The notes under the pieces: generated by a model
What the model was told of the DNA's origin: nothing
What the model saw: the letters and a program-made list of their open reading frames with translations, nothing else
The model's database searches: none
Translations under genes and position numbers: made by a program
In this document: positions 1 to 9,008 of the stretch, in pieces
Position numbering within the stretch: position 1 is the stretch's first letter
Layout of the letters: each line of letters opens with the position of its first letter
DNA from: Candidatus Latescibacterota bacterium
GTDB taxonomy: Bacteria > Latescibacterota > UBA2968 > UBA8231
DNA length: 64,000 bases
Reading direction: 5' to 3'
Assembly (NCBI GenBank): GCA_965217585.1
Contig: OZ244561.1
Coordinates: 1,920,001 to 1,984,000, forward strand

Positions 1-1092
1 GTCACCGAAGTAAGCCAGCACCACGACGTTTCCCCACTCGTCCTCGTCTGGATCGAAGGTAGGGATCAGGTCAACTTGGTCGAATACCTGCCGGAGGGTC
101 TTCACGATCGAGGCAGTCATCAGGGTTTTCCCCTTCAACGTCGCCACCAGATTGATGCCGAGTACGCCCTCGTCGCTGAGATTCCGGCCGATCAACTCGA
201 AGGCCTCGAGGCTGATCACGTGCGAGGGTGTCGTATCGCCGTTAAAGACATCGAGGATGATAAAATTCCCGCCCTGTACCAACCCGTCGATGATCAGTTC
301 GCGATTGCGCTTATTCTTGAACACATACTGCACGACCTTCACGTTGCCGTAGTAGCTATCCTGGTGTGCCAATAGCTCGATGCGAGCACCGTTCGGCAGG
401 CTGCGGACCGCCGCATCGCTCTCGTCGTGCGCCCAGAGTAGCGCCAAGAAGAAGACCGCAGCCGCAGCCCAAGCAGCGCGCCGAAAGAAGAAGAAGTAAC
501 ATCCGGCCAGCAGAATCAGCAGGCAGCCTACCAAGAGGAAGATGTGGCTGACCTCCATGTAGGCGATGAGGACGAAGCCGGTGAGCACGGTGCCGCAGAC
601 GCTGCCAATGGTCGATACAGCATAGAAGGCACCCACCGTCCGTCCAATGTTAGAGACTTCCCTGGCCACGATCTTGATCAGGAAAGGGGATACGCAGCCG
701 AGCAGGAACAGGGATGGCCCAAACAGAACCATGGTGCTAAAAAACGCACCTGCCCGCAGGCCGAGCGCTACGCCCAACTTCAGAACGGGAACCTTAACGA
801 AGGGAATGGGTAGGACCGCAAGGCCGGCCAGAAAGATGATGCCGTAGAGAAATCGGGCGTCGGCGTGCCGGTCGGCGAAGATCCCACCTGCCGCGTAGCC
901 AGCGGCCAAGGAGATCATGGCGACCGCAATCAGCGACGTCCAGACAAACAGACTGACGCCGAAGAAGGGACCAATGACCCGCGAGCCCAGAACCTCGATC
1001 ACCATGATCAACAAACCGCAGCAGAAGGCGGTTGCCACGAGAAAGACTAGGTAGATCCGGGAATGTGTCGGGCTTGTGCTCTCGGCTTTCAC
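1..1092 (-). CDS. Fused MFS-like/spermidine synthase family membrane protein, partial (runs off the window), apparently internally deleted
   Basis: Hand translation from GTG 1092: MKAEST...LLIMVIEVLGSRVIGPFFGVSLFVWTSLIAV...GYAAGGIFADR, then DSYYGNVKVV...ELIIDGLVQGG|NFIILDVFNGDTTPSH. The frame is open to base 1, so it is missing from the ORF track. Confidence 0.8.
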   Translation of the reverse strand, partial: MKAESTSPTHSRIYLVFLVATAFCCGLLIMVIEVLGSRVIGPFFGVSLFVWTSLIAVAMISLAAGYAAGGIFADRHADARFLYGIIFLAGLAVLPIPFVKVPVLKLGVALGLRAGAFFSTMVLFGPSLFLLGCVSPFLIKIVAREVSNIGRTVGAFYAVSTIGSVCGTVLTGFVLIAYMEVSHIFLLVGCLLILLAGCYFFFFRRAAWAAAAVFFLALLWAHDESDAAVRSLPNGARIELLAHQDSYYGNVKVVQYVFKNKRNRELIIDGLVQGGNFIILDVFNGDTTPSHVISLEAFELIGRNLSDEGVLGINLVATLKGKTLMTASIVKTLRQVFDQVDLIPTFDPDEDEWGNVVVLAYFGD

Positions 1093-1193
1093 GTTTACCT
1101 CTCGTCTTCATCCACTAGGCCATCGGCAATGAATTGAGTTCGTCCGTGACAGACGTTTCGGTCCAAGGCATAAAAGGACCCCTTCTGAGATTT

Positions 1194-2897
1194 TCAGCCC
1201 GTCGGCAGAGCATCCAGCACGTGCTGGTAAATCACGATCTGGGGGGCGTATTGCTGGCGGAGCGTCTCCATGTACTGTTCGAATGCGATCTCAATTTCCC
1301 TGTAGCGTTCGGCCCTGACTTTGCGGCGCACCGTCTGCTGGACCTCGGACGCGGTGAAAGGAAGGATATGGGACGGTCGCATCTCCAACAGTTTGAGAAC
1401 GACAAAGCCTGTCTGATTATTTGCAAAGCGGATCACCACCGGGCCACGGATCTCGCCTAGTACCATCCCGTCTGCCGCCTCGACCATAGCATCCCGAGCA
1501 CCTGTCGTGTCGCCGGGGGCGATGGTGAACACGTCGTACTTGCGGAACTCTCCCAGAAACAGGGGATAGTCCGCCATGATCTCGAAGAGATCTTCGCCGG
1601 CTTTTGCTCGCGCGGCGACGGCCGTCGCCTGCTGGCTTGAAGACAGGATGCCACCTTCGACGACGGTACGTGCTTCGACTCGAAACTCATCCTGGTGATC
1701 GTCGTAGTAGGAACGAAGCAAGGGCTCGCCGAGGAAGGGCTCTTCCACCTCGACGCGACGAAGGCGGTCCACCAGCAGTTCCTCGAGCTTCTGCGCTAGG
1801 GCCCGACGCATCTGCCGCTCCTCCAGCCAGCCCCGTTCTCTGGCGATCTGCGGGAGGATGTGGGTTATGAGTGCTTCGGTCCGTACGAAATGAGTGATGT
1901 CCGCGCTATCGACGGGCGAGGGGCGGCGACGAGCGGAGACGGCCCGGAGCATCTCCACGTATTCGGCCAGCCCGATCGAGCCGCCGTCGAAGCGGCATAG
2001 AACCCGCTGCCCGTCCTGCGGCGCCACAGTGGGGATCAAGTCCTGGGCACGTCGCCCCTGTTGGATCAGAAAATCGAGCGTGCTCTGGTCGATCTCAAAT
2101 CCAGATCGCTCTGCTTGTGTATCGAGGTAGGTGCGCCAACGCGCGTCCTTTTTCTGCCGTTCAAGGGACCGCTGGATCCCTGCGGCCTGCCGCTCGAATC
2201 CGACGAGTTGCTCCTCCGTGGCCTGGATCAGGTGATAGCCGCCCCGCGCGTCTCGGTACGGCTCGGATATTTCCCCGATGTCGAGCGCGAAGAGGGTCTC
2301 GACGAATCCACTGCGCTGGGCATCCTGCTCTTGCCAGAATCCCATATCGCCGCCCTTGGCAGCCGAGGCCGAATCAAGCGAGGACTGCCGGGCCAGTTCG
2401 GCAAAGTCCGCGCCGTTTTGCAACTGCTCCAGCATCCGCGCGGCCTCTCCTTCGGTGGCCACGGCGATGTGGCGGCCACGGACTTCCCTCTTGCGATCCA
2501 AGCCGAGGGCTTGGTACTGCGCACGGATTTCGGCTTCCGACACAGAGATCGACTGGGATACTTCCTGTAGATACAGGCGATCGACGAGACGCTGGTTCCT
2601 GGCGGCCTCAAGCTGTGCCAAAACTAGCGAGTCGGCAGCCAATCCCCGCGCTTCGGCTTCTAGGAACAGGATCTTCCGGTCAATCAGGGGGCGCAAAGCC
2701 TGCGCCGGAGATAGCTGATCGCGACCCAATCGCAGGAGGCGTTTTCGGATCCGGGCCACATCGTCCGTGGTAATCGCTTGGTCTGCTACCCGGGCGACGA
2801 CGGTCGTGTCGGGCACGAGAGAGCCGTGGGGGTCTGCCCAGCCCATCACAGCGGTCCAACCGAATAGAGGGGAGTGGAGAAGCAAGCGGAACAGCAT
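1194..2897 (-). CDS. Parvulin/PpiC-type peptidyl-prolyl isomerase (SurA/PrsA-like chaperone)
   Basis: RGRHIAV...GADFAELARQSSLD...KGGDMGF rotamase motif. Start uncertain (ORF open to 2984). Confidence 0.85.
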   Translation of the reverse strand: MLFRLLLHSPLFGWTAVMGWADPHGSLVPDTTVVARVADQAITTDDVARIRKRLLRLGRDQLSPAQALRPLIDRKILFLEAEARGLAADSLVLAQLEAARNQRLVDRLYLQEVSQSISVSEAEIRAQYQALGLDRKREVRGRHIAVATEGEAARMLEQLQNGADFAELARQSSLDSASAAKGGDMGFWQEQDAQRSGFVETLFALDIGEISEPYRDARGGYHLIQATEEQLVGFERQAAGIQRSLERQKKDARWRTYLDTQAERSGFEIDQSTLDFLIQQGRRAQDLIPTVAPQDGQRVLCRFDGGSIGLAEYVEMLRAVSARRRPSPVDSADITHFVRTEALITHILPQIARERGWLEERQMRRALAQKLEELLVDRLRRVEVEEPFLGEPLLRSYYDDHQDEFRVEARTVVEGGILSSSQQATAVAARAKAGEDLFEIMADYPLFLGEFRKYDVFTIAPGDTTGARDAMVEAADGMVLGEIRGPVVIRFANNQTGFVVLKLLEMRPSHILPFTASEVQQTVRRKVRAERYREIEIAFEQYMETLRQQYAPQIVIYQHVLDALPTG

Positions 2898-3109
2898 GCG
2901 GTTCGCTCCAGTCGCGGCGCAACAATGAGCGGGAATCCGGAAGAATGCCCGCTCGAGATGGTCTAATGCCCTCAGAAAGGGCATTTTATAGTTATAGTAA
3001 CATCCACTTCTATCGCAAGAGTCTGCGCTATTCCTGCCGCCAGGGGTTAGGGGCCATTACACGGCCGGTTATCTCGCGGCAATTAATATAATACCTTATT
3101 TATCTTATC

Positions 3110-3139
3110 TTGACATTCGTCGGATATCTTACTTATTTT
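3110..3139 (+). promoter_or_regulatory. Putative sigma70 promoter for the 3257 operon
   Basis: TTGACA (3110) -N18- TATTTT in an AT-rich divergent intergenic region. Confidence 0.35.
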
Positions 3140-3256
3140 GGCCCTTTCTTGCACGAAGATGTGCCTTAGCACCGAGAGACGGTGCTGGGATTAATTCGTC
3201 CAAGCTATGGGCGATGTATCTGAAGCCTACCCATAGCGAAACGAAGGAGAAGAAGT

Positions 3257-4162
3257 ATGTTGCTGAGGAAAGCTATCCTCCTAGCTGCCGCGCTGCTAAT
3301 AGGAGCATCCGCCAGCTTTGCCGGTAATGCCAACGGTATCGGTTACTTCGCCTTGGAGATTCCGACTGGTGCCACCATTACCATCGATGGTAATGGTGAC
3401 GACTGGGCTTGGTTCGACCAGACCTTTGCCTATGGTCCCGACGATATGATCGAGATCATCACCGGTGAAATTCCCTCCAAGGCTGACATCGATGTCATCG
3501 TCATGACGGGCTGGACGGGTGCGGATCGCGACAACCGCCTCTATGGTTTCGCCCGCGTCACCGATGATACGCTGCATATAGCGCAGACCGAGTCGGACAA
3601 CGGCTGGCTCGACGATGACCTTGAGATCATTCCCGACGCCGACAACAGCGGCGGCCCAATGAAGGGCGAGGGTCTCGTCCACAGCGCCAACGGTCAGCAG
3701 TTCACGATGCATATTTCGGAGCCAGGCGGCTACGACACGGGGTACGGCAACGGCACGTGGTGGCTGCGCCACCAAGCACCGCCCGAGATGCACTGGGTTG
3801 ACGCCCTGGCGGAGGCCAACATCGTCGTGGAACCAGCCGGGGCCACGAATCTGACGCCGAACGTGATCGTCAGCTACGAGTACGCGATGCCGATCTTCGA
3901 CGACCTCTCGCTCGAGGGCGAGGCCGCCAGTGTTCGGCATATCCTGACCGCTGGCGAGACGATCGGTCTCACCTACCAGTTGAACGAAGCCGACACCGGA
4001 AACCGCGATGTGCAGCTATCGACTGCAGCCGAGAACGGTGCTGCTTGGGATGCTACCTTCGCCTCCGACTACACCCTGCTGGCCGTCGGCGAATACGACA
4101 TGATGGCCACGGCGGTGGAGAACAACAGTTGGGGGATGATCAAGGCATCGTTCGACAAGTAG
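3257..4162 (+). CDS. Secreted acidic protein, CBM9/DOMON-like sugar-binding fold, C-terminal SWGxIK motif
   Basis: Signal peptide; TIDGNGDDW, ARVTDD, DDLEI..DADNSGG; ends VENNSWGMIKASFDK; AAGGAG RBS. Confidence 0.6.
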   Translation: MLLRKAILLAAALLIGASASFAGNANGIGYFALEIPTGATITIDGNGDDWAWFDQTFAYGPDDMIEIITGEIPSKADIDVIVMTGWTGADRDNRLYGFARVTDDTLHIAQTESDNGWLDDDLEIIPDADNSGGPMKGEGLVHSANGQQFTMHISEPGGYDTGYGNGTWWLRHQAPPEMHWVDALAEANIVVEPAGATNLTPNVIVSYEYAMPIFDDLSLEGEAASVRHILTAGETIGLTYQLNEADTGNRDVQLSTAAENGAAWDATFASDYTLLAVGEYDMMATAVENNSWGMIKASFDK

Positions 4163-4172
4163 TGCCTCTGAT

Positions 4173-4218
4173 CTGGCTAGATGGACCAGAGGTATCTTGA
4201 CTGCGTCCATCTAGCCGG
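4173..4218 (+). terminator. Strong intergenic stem-loop (terminator or mRNA stabiliser)
   Basis: GGCTAGATGGAC ... GTCCATCTAGCC inverted repeat just after the 4162 stop. A second GC hairpin lies at about 4276-4300. Confidence 0.5.
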
Positions 4219-4339
4219 CAAGTCTGCTTCCGGTGGTGATCTCGTGTCGCCGCCGCGCTCCACAATTGCCTCCCGGCCCGGCCCGCACAAACGGGCCGGG
4301 CTGGATTTCCTTAAGGATCGACTCCCGACGAAAGCGGCC

Positions 4340-5074
4340 ATGAAACAGTTCCGCGTACTGCAACTGTCATTCCTAGTGCTCCTGGCCGGCTGTGGCAGAT
4401 ACTTCGGCGGGCCGATCCATCCGGTTCCCGAAGCCTCGCAAGAAGCCCACATGGTCGTGGGAGACGACGGCTCGGTTACCTACGTCTTTGAACGTCTGGA
4501 GATCGGCCTGCGGCCGATGACGGACGAGGAGCTGAACAGACAGTTCCCTGCCCACTCCACGGGAGGGGCGACGGCTACCAATCCCTTCACCTACGGCGAC
4601 TGGAAACCTCTCGGTGAGAGCTTCACGCCACCGAAGTACACGGTGTTCCTCTTGTCGGTGAAGAATTATGCCTATCCGAAGGTCCGCGTTGATCCTGCGC
4701 GGATGGAACTGGTGTCCTCCACGAGTCGCCGCACCTACAAAGCCCTCACCTTCGCGGAAGTGGTTGAGTACTACTACTCCCAGGCCCAAGCATACACCGG
4801 CAACAACTACAACGACTATCAGGAGCGGCGGGACCTACTGCGCCGCAACCTCTACACGGCAGATGTCGTGTTCAGCGGTCTGGACTTGGCAGGCTACGTC
4901 CTGTTCCCCAAGCTGGACCACGACGTCACTGAGTTCGCCGTGCATATCGATGATGTCGCCGTGCGTTTCGACTACCGCAACGAGCCCACGGAAACCATCG
5001 ATCTGACCTTCCGCTACCAGCGCGAAGTGCACAGAGGATACCAACCTCCTCCTGAACTCACCGCCCAGAGGTGA
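4340..5074 (+). CDS. Hypothetical lipoprotein
   Basis: MKQFRVLQLSFLVLLAG-C lipobox; GTGA overlap with the next gene. Confidence 0.75.
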   Translation: MKQFRVLQLSFLVLLAGCGRYFGGPIHPVPEASQEAHMVVGDDGSVTYVFERLEIGLRPMTDEELNRQFPAHSTGGATATNPFTYGDWKPLGESFTPPKYTVFLLSVKNYAYPKVRVDPARMELVSSTSRRTYKALTFAEVVEYYYSQAQAYTGNNYNDYQERRDLLRRNLYTADVVFSGLDLAGYVLFPKLDHDVTEFAVHIDDVAVRFDYRNEPTETIDLTFRYQREVHRGYQPPPELTAQR

Positions 5075-6993
5075 GCAGGTTCGCGATGCGCGTCCGTTGG
5101 GTCCTACTCGTGGCGGGCATCGCCATCTCGGCGCACGCTCAGACAGAGATCTGGCTTGTCGACCGAGGCGGTGCCAGTTGGTCCACGCACGCGGACATCG
5201 CCGCCGGCATCGATCTCACGACGCCCGAGATTCTGAGCCCAGTCGTCTTCTCCCTCGCAGACAACGTGACCCAAGCTGTCCAGTGGAAGAACTCTCCGCC
5301 GAAGGACTTCGTCTCCGATGGGAGCGGCCATATCTGGGACAACGCGGCCTTGACGGGTGCCGCCGAGAACCGCAGCACCATCCTCGTCGATGGAGATGTC
5401 ACTACCTCGACGGGCGATCGGTTCAAGACCTTCGGCGTCAACCAAGAGGGGCGGATCTTCTTCATGGATCTGGGAACCTCCTTCCCTGCCAGCAGCATCA
5501 TCTTCTACCCGCGACCAACAGCGCAGGAAGACTTTATTCGCTCCTACGAGATTGCCGTTAGCGATGGTCGCAGCTACAGCAAGGAAGGCGCGCCGCTCTA
5601 CGAGATCGTCCGGCAGGTGCAGCTAAGCCGCAACTGGCGGGCCCAGATCGACTTCCCCACGCAGTTGCTACGCTTCGTGCGCCTGCGAGTTCTGTCGGCC
5701 AATCCCTTTGAACTAGCTGAAATCGAAATCCACGGCGAAGGGTTTGTGCCCAAGGGAACCTACCAATCTTCTCTCATCCAGCTACCGACAGTGGTCAACT
5801 TTGGGACGCTCTCTTTCCGAGTGACAAAGGTCCGCCGGCAGGAGGACGGGACGCTGGTTCCGACCCCTGACGCAGAGGCCCGCGTGACGCTGCAACTGCA
5901 CAACGGACAAGACGACACGCCCCTTCGCTACTACGAGATCGTCGACGAGAGGACGGGCCGTGAGGAAGAGACCACCGGCTCCGCCTACGCGGGTCTTTCG
6001 GACAGAGTCAAGGGGTCCATCGTGCAGGATCTCGTGAATTGGAGCAACTGGACCGATCCGATCGAAGCGGACTCCACCGGTTTGTATTCCACGAAGCTCG
6101 ACCACCTGCCCGGCCCGCGTGACTACTTCCGGTTTAACTTGCAGTTCGCCAGCACCACGTCGGACGCCATGCAGGTGGACAGCCTCGCAATCACCTACTC
6201 CACACCAGTCGCAGCAGGTGCAGTGGGGGAGGTCGCCCTCCTCGAGGAGCCCAATCCACCACTCGGACGGACCTCCGTCCGGGCCGGAGTCGACACGACG
6301 CTGACCTACGACATCCGCGTAGATATGGGGGATCCCCCCTTCTCGGGCTTCGACGGAGTGCGGATCGTCACGCCCGCCCGCCCGGAGTTCCTGCAACTGC
6401 AGATCGGTTCTCCTCTAAGCAACGTCGAGCCGGACAGCGTCCGGGAAGAAGATGGCGGGCTGAGGGTATATTTCCCCAGCAATCGCGTCGAGCAAGGTCG
6501 GGACGAACGACTTCGAGTGACCTTCCGTACCCGTTCGCTCCTGTTCACGACGTTCCTCGAAGGGCAGCTAATCGATACGAGGGGCAGGTTGCCGCAGAAC
6601 ATCGCCGAGGGCGACGCCAATGAGGAAGTTAGCACTAACTCCCTGAGAATCTTCTTCTCCGGTAGCGGTGGGAGCGTCATCAATGCCTTCACTATGGCTC
6701 CCGCCGTGATCTCGCCCAATGGGGATGGCATAAACGACGAGGGCGTCTTCTCCTCCTCGATCATCCGCCTCGTAGAAGCGACGGATGTTAGCCTAGCTAT
6801 CTACGATCTGTCCGGCCGCGTCGTCCGCGAAGTGTCCAACACCCCGCGTCGTGCTGGCTCGTTCGAGGATCCTTGGGATGGCAGGGACCAAGCCGGCAAT
6901 CTCGTCGTAGCGGGAATTTACGTGGCTCGCCTCACGGTGATGACCGGACAAGAAGGACTCAGCCAAGTGAGGATAGTCCATGTCGTTTATTGA
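5071..6993 (+). CDS. Secreted protein: discoidin/galactose-binding-like domain plus C-terminal FlgD-Ig/CHU-C domain
   Basis: Signal peptide; MDLG...RFVRLRV...ELAEIEIHG; C-terminal ISPNGDGIND...IYDLSGRVV...WDGRD..G..V.AGIY. Confidence 0.75.
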   Translation: MSRFAMRVRWVLLVAGIAISAHAQTEIWLVDRGGASWSTHADIAAGIDLTTPEILSPVVFSLADNVTQAVQWKNSPPKDFVSDGSGHIWDNAALTGAAENRSTILVDGDVTTSTGDRFKTFGVNQEGRIFFMDLGTSFPASSIIFYPRPTAQEDFIRSYEIAVSDGRSYSKEGAPLYEIVRQVQLSRNWRAQIDFPTQLLRFVRLRVLSANPFELAEIEIHGEGFVPKGTYQSSLIQLPTVVNFGTLSFRVTKVRRQEDGTLVPTPDAEARVTLQLHNGQDDTPLRYYEIVDERTGREEETTGSAYAGLSDRVKGSIVQDLVNWSNWTDPIEADSTGLYSTKLDHLPGPRDYFRFNLQFASTTSDAMQVDSLAITYSTPVAAGAVGEVALLEEPNPPLGRTSVRAGVDTTLTYDIRVDMGDPPFSGFDGVRIVTPARPEFLQLQIGSPLSNVEPDSVREEDGGLRVYFPSNRVEQGRDERLRVTFRTRSLLFTTFLEGQLIDTRGRLPQNIAEGDANEEVSTNSLRIFFSGSGGSVINAFTMAPAVISPNGDGINDEGVFSSSIIRLVEATDVSLAIYDLSGRVVREVSNTPRRAGSFEDPWDGRDQAGNLVVAGIYVARLTVMTGQEGLSQVRIVHVVY

Positions 6994-8995
6994 ATTTGGA
7001 CCTAGACGAGTCGCATGGGGCCTGTGGGGTGTGTTCCTCGCTATGGCTTGGACGACGGTCGTCACAGCCGAGGTGCGTCACTTGGTCATCGGCCAAGGGG
7101 GTGTGCCTTGGGCGGACGTCGCGCAGGAGATCGCCGCCCTCGAGGATACGACCGCCCAGGGCAGTCTACAGCCGCGTCGGTTCCTGCCGGAGGAGAACAT
7201 CCTCCACGGAGGGACCGGCGATCTGGGACAAATCATCAACCTCCTCGGATTCACTTGGACGACTAGAAAGTCGGGGCAGGGCACCTCGGGGTTCAAGCTC
7301 AACCTGACGCCCCGCTTCTGGCGGATCCAAAGCGGGATACGGGGTGGCAACCCCTTGTTGATTGACGGGGATCCTCTCGGTGCTCTCACTCCTTTCTTCA
7401 CCCAGTGGACCTTCGATCTGGGCGTACCCATGCCCGTTTGGCGCATAGTCTTCTATGCGCCAAACGCAGGATACTCGGTCGCAGGAGAGGAGTTCAAGAA
7501 CTTGTTCCCGCGAGGCTACGAGATCACCGGCGCCCTCGAACCCACGGATCTGCTCCTGCTGGCCAATGAAACGTCCTACCACCCTCTGGACATCGAGATC
7601 GCCAAGAGCTTCAATAACCAACAACGGGTCGTCGATCTGTCGCTGCCGCCTACCATGATGCGCTTTCTTCGCTTCAATTTTAGCCTAGGCGTCTCTGGCG
7701 GGTTCACGGAGACCCTCTCCGAAATCGAGGCCTACGCCGACGGATATCCGACGCGAACCTGGTTCGTATCTTACCTACTCGATATGGGTGGGCCGTTCAA
7801 TTTCGGCCGCGTCAACTGGGACCTGACGCCCTTCCGGCAAATCGGTGACGAGGCCCTACTCGACTCCACGGCTCAGGTTCACCTGTCAATGCAAACGCGA
7901 ACCGGCCACGACGATACGCCTCTGGTCTACCACGTCATCACGCAGATCGGCCGCGAGCGCGAGGTCACCGAGGCGGAGTTCAACAAGGCCCTCCCGCCAA
8001 CCGCCACCGGGGTAGTACGTCCCGGACTCCGGGGCTCTGTAGTCAACGATGTCGACAACTGGTCCTTCTGGTCTTCGCCGAGCCGGACGTCCGGAGCACC
8101 CGTCCAGTCTCCTGATGGGCGTCGCTTCCTGCAGTTTCAGTTCACCATCGAGAGCGAGGATGTCCAGACCTTCGGCCGTCTCAATTCCATCGACTTTGAA
8201 ATCTCCGAGCTGCTGGCGAGCCGAGTCGTTGGGGAAGTGGCTCTACGGGACGATCCTCAACCGCTGGCCGGTATCGCCAGGACCGAGGTGGGTCGCGACA
8301 CGGTGTTCACCTTCGACCTGCGCGCCAGCTTCGCAGGCGACCAAGAAGGCTTCGACGCCGTACGGCTCTTCACGCCGTCAACGCCCGAATTCGTCGGCTT
8401 CGAAATGGGTGATCCCCTCGTTCCGGTTGAACCGGACAGCTTTCGTACGGCACCTCAGGAGTTGACCGTCTACTTCCCCTCTCACCGCGTCCAGCCGTCG
8501 GATAACCCGCCGGTGCGCATTCTCTTCCGAGGGGCGTCTTTGAGTTTCAGTTCGCACTTCACGGGAACTGTGCTCTCGACGACCGGCGAGGTGCTGCCGC
8601 AGTCGATCGATCCGGGTGATGCGAATCCCGACGTAACGACGAACGACATCGAGGTGCAGTCCGAGATCACCCGACTCGAAGTGATACCTAGTCTAGAATT
8701 GATTCCATCGGTGCTGACGCCAAACGGCGACGGGGTCAACGACGCAACGACGGTCTCCTTTGCGCTGCTCGGGGTCAAGGGGGTGAGAGTGAGTGTCGGC
8801 ATCTATGATCTGTCTGGCCGACTAGTACGCTCGTTGCTCGAGGACCAGCTAGATCAGGAGATCTACGGGATCAACTGGGACGGCATGTTGGACGATGGCC
8901 GCCTGGCGATGCCCGGACTCTACGCCTGTCGCGTGCGGGTCGAGACCCACGCGGGTCCGGTCGATAAACTGCGCATTGTCGCCGTGGCGTACTGA
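6980..8995 (+). CDS. Secreted paralogue: discoidin-like plus FlgD-Ig/CHU-C domain
   Basis: Same architecture: FDLG, RFLRF, LSEIEAY, RTGHDDTP, LTPNGDGVND, IYDLSGRLV, WDG. Confidence 0.75.
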   Translation: MSFIEFGPRRVAWGLWGVFLAMAWTTVVTAEVRHLVIGQGGVPWADVAQEIAALEDTTAQGSLQPRRFLPEENILHGGTGDLGQIINLLGFTWTTRKSGQGTSGFKLNLTPRFWRIQSGIRGGNPLLIDGDPLGALTPFFTQWTFDLGVPMPVWRIVFYAPNAGYSVAGEEFKNLFPRGYEITGALEPTDLLLLANETSYHPLDIEIAKSFNNQQRVVDLSLPPTMMRFLRFNFSLGVSGGFTETLSEIEAYADGYPTRTWFVSYLLDMGGPFNFGRVNWDLTPFRQIGDEALLDSTAQVHLSMQTRTGHDDTPLVYHVITQIGREREVTEAEFNKALPPTATGVVRPGLRGSVVNDVDNWSFWSSPSRTSGAPVQSPDGRRFLQFQFTIESEDVQTFGRLNSIDFEISELLASRVVGEVALRDDPQPLAGIARTEVGRDTVFTFDLRASFAGDQEGFDAVRLFTPSTPEFVGFEMGDPLVPVEPDSFRTAPQELTVYFPSHRVQPSDNPPVRILFRGASLSFSSHFTGTVLSTTGEVLPQSIDPGDANPDVTTNDIEVQSEITRLEVIPSLELIPSVLTPNGDGVNDATTVSFALLGVKGVRVSVGIYDLSGRLVRSLLEDQLDQEIYGINWDGMLDDGRLAMPGLYACRVRVETHAGPVDKLRIVAVAY

Positions 8996-9008
8996 GAGAG
9001 ATCATAAG

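Noticed and set aside
794-1111. 105-aa minus-strand ORF from the track
   Set aside because: Wrong frame; the real gene starts at GTG 1092 in another frame and runs off the window.
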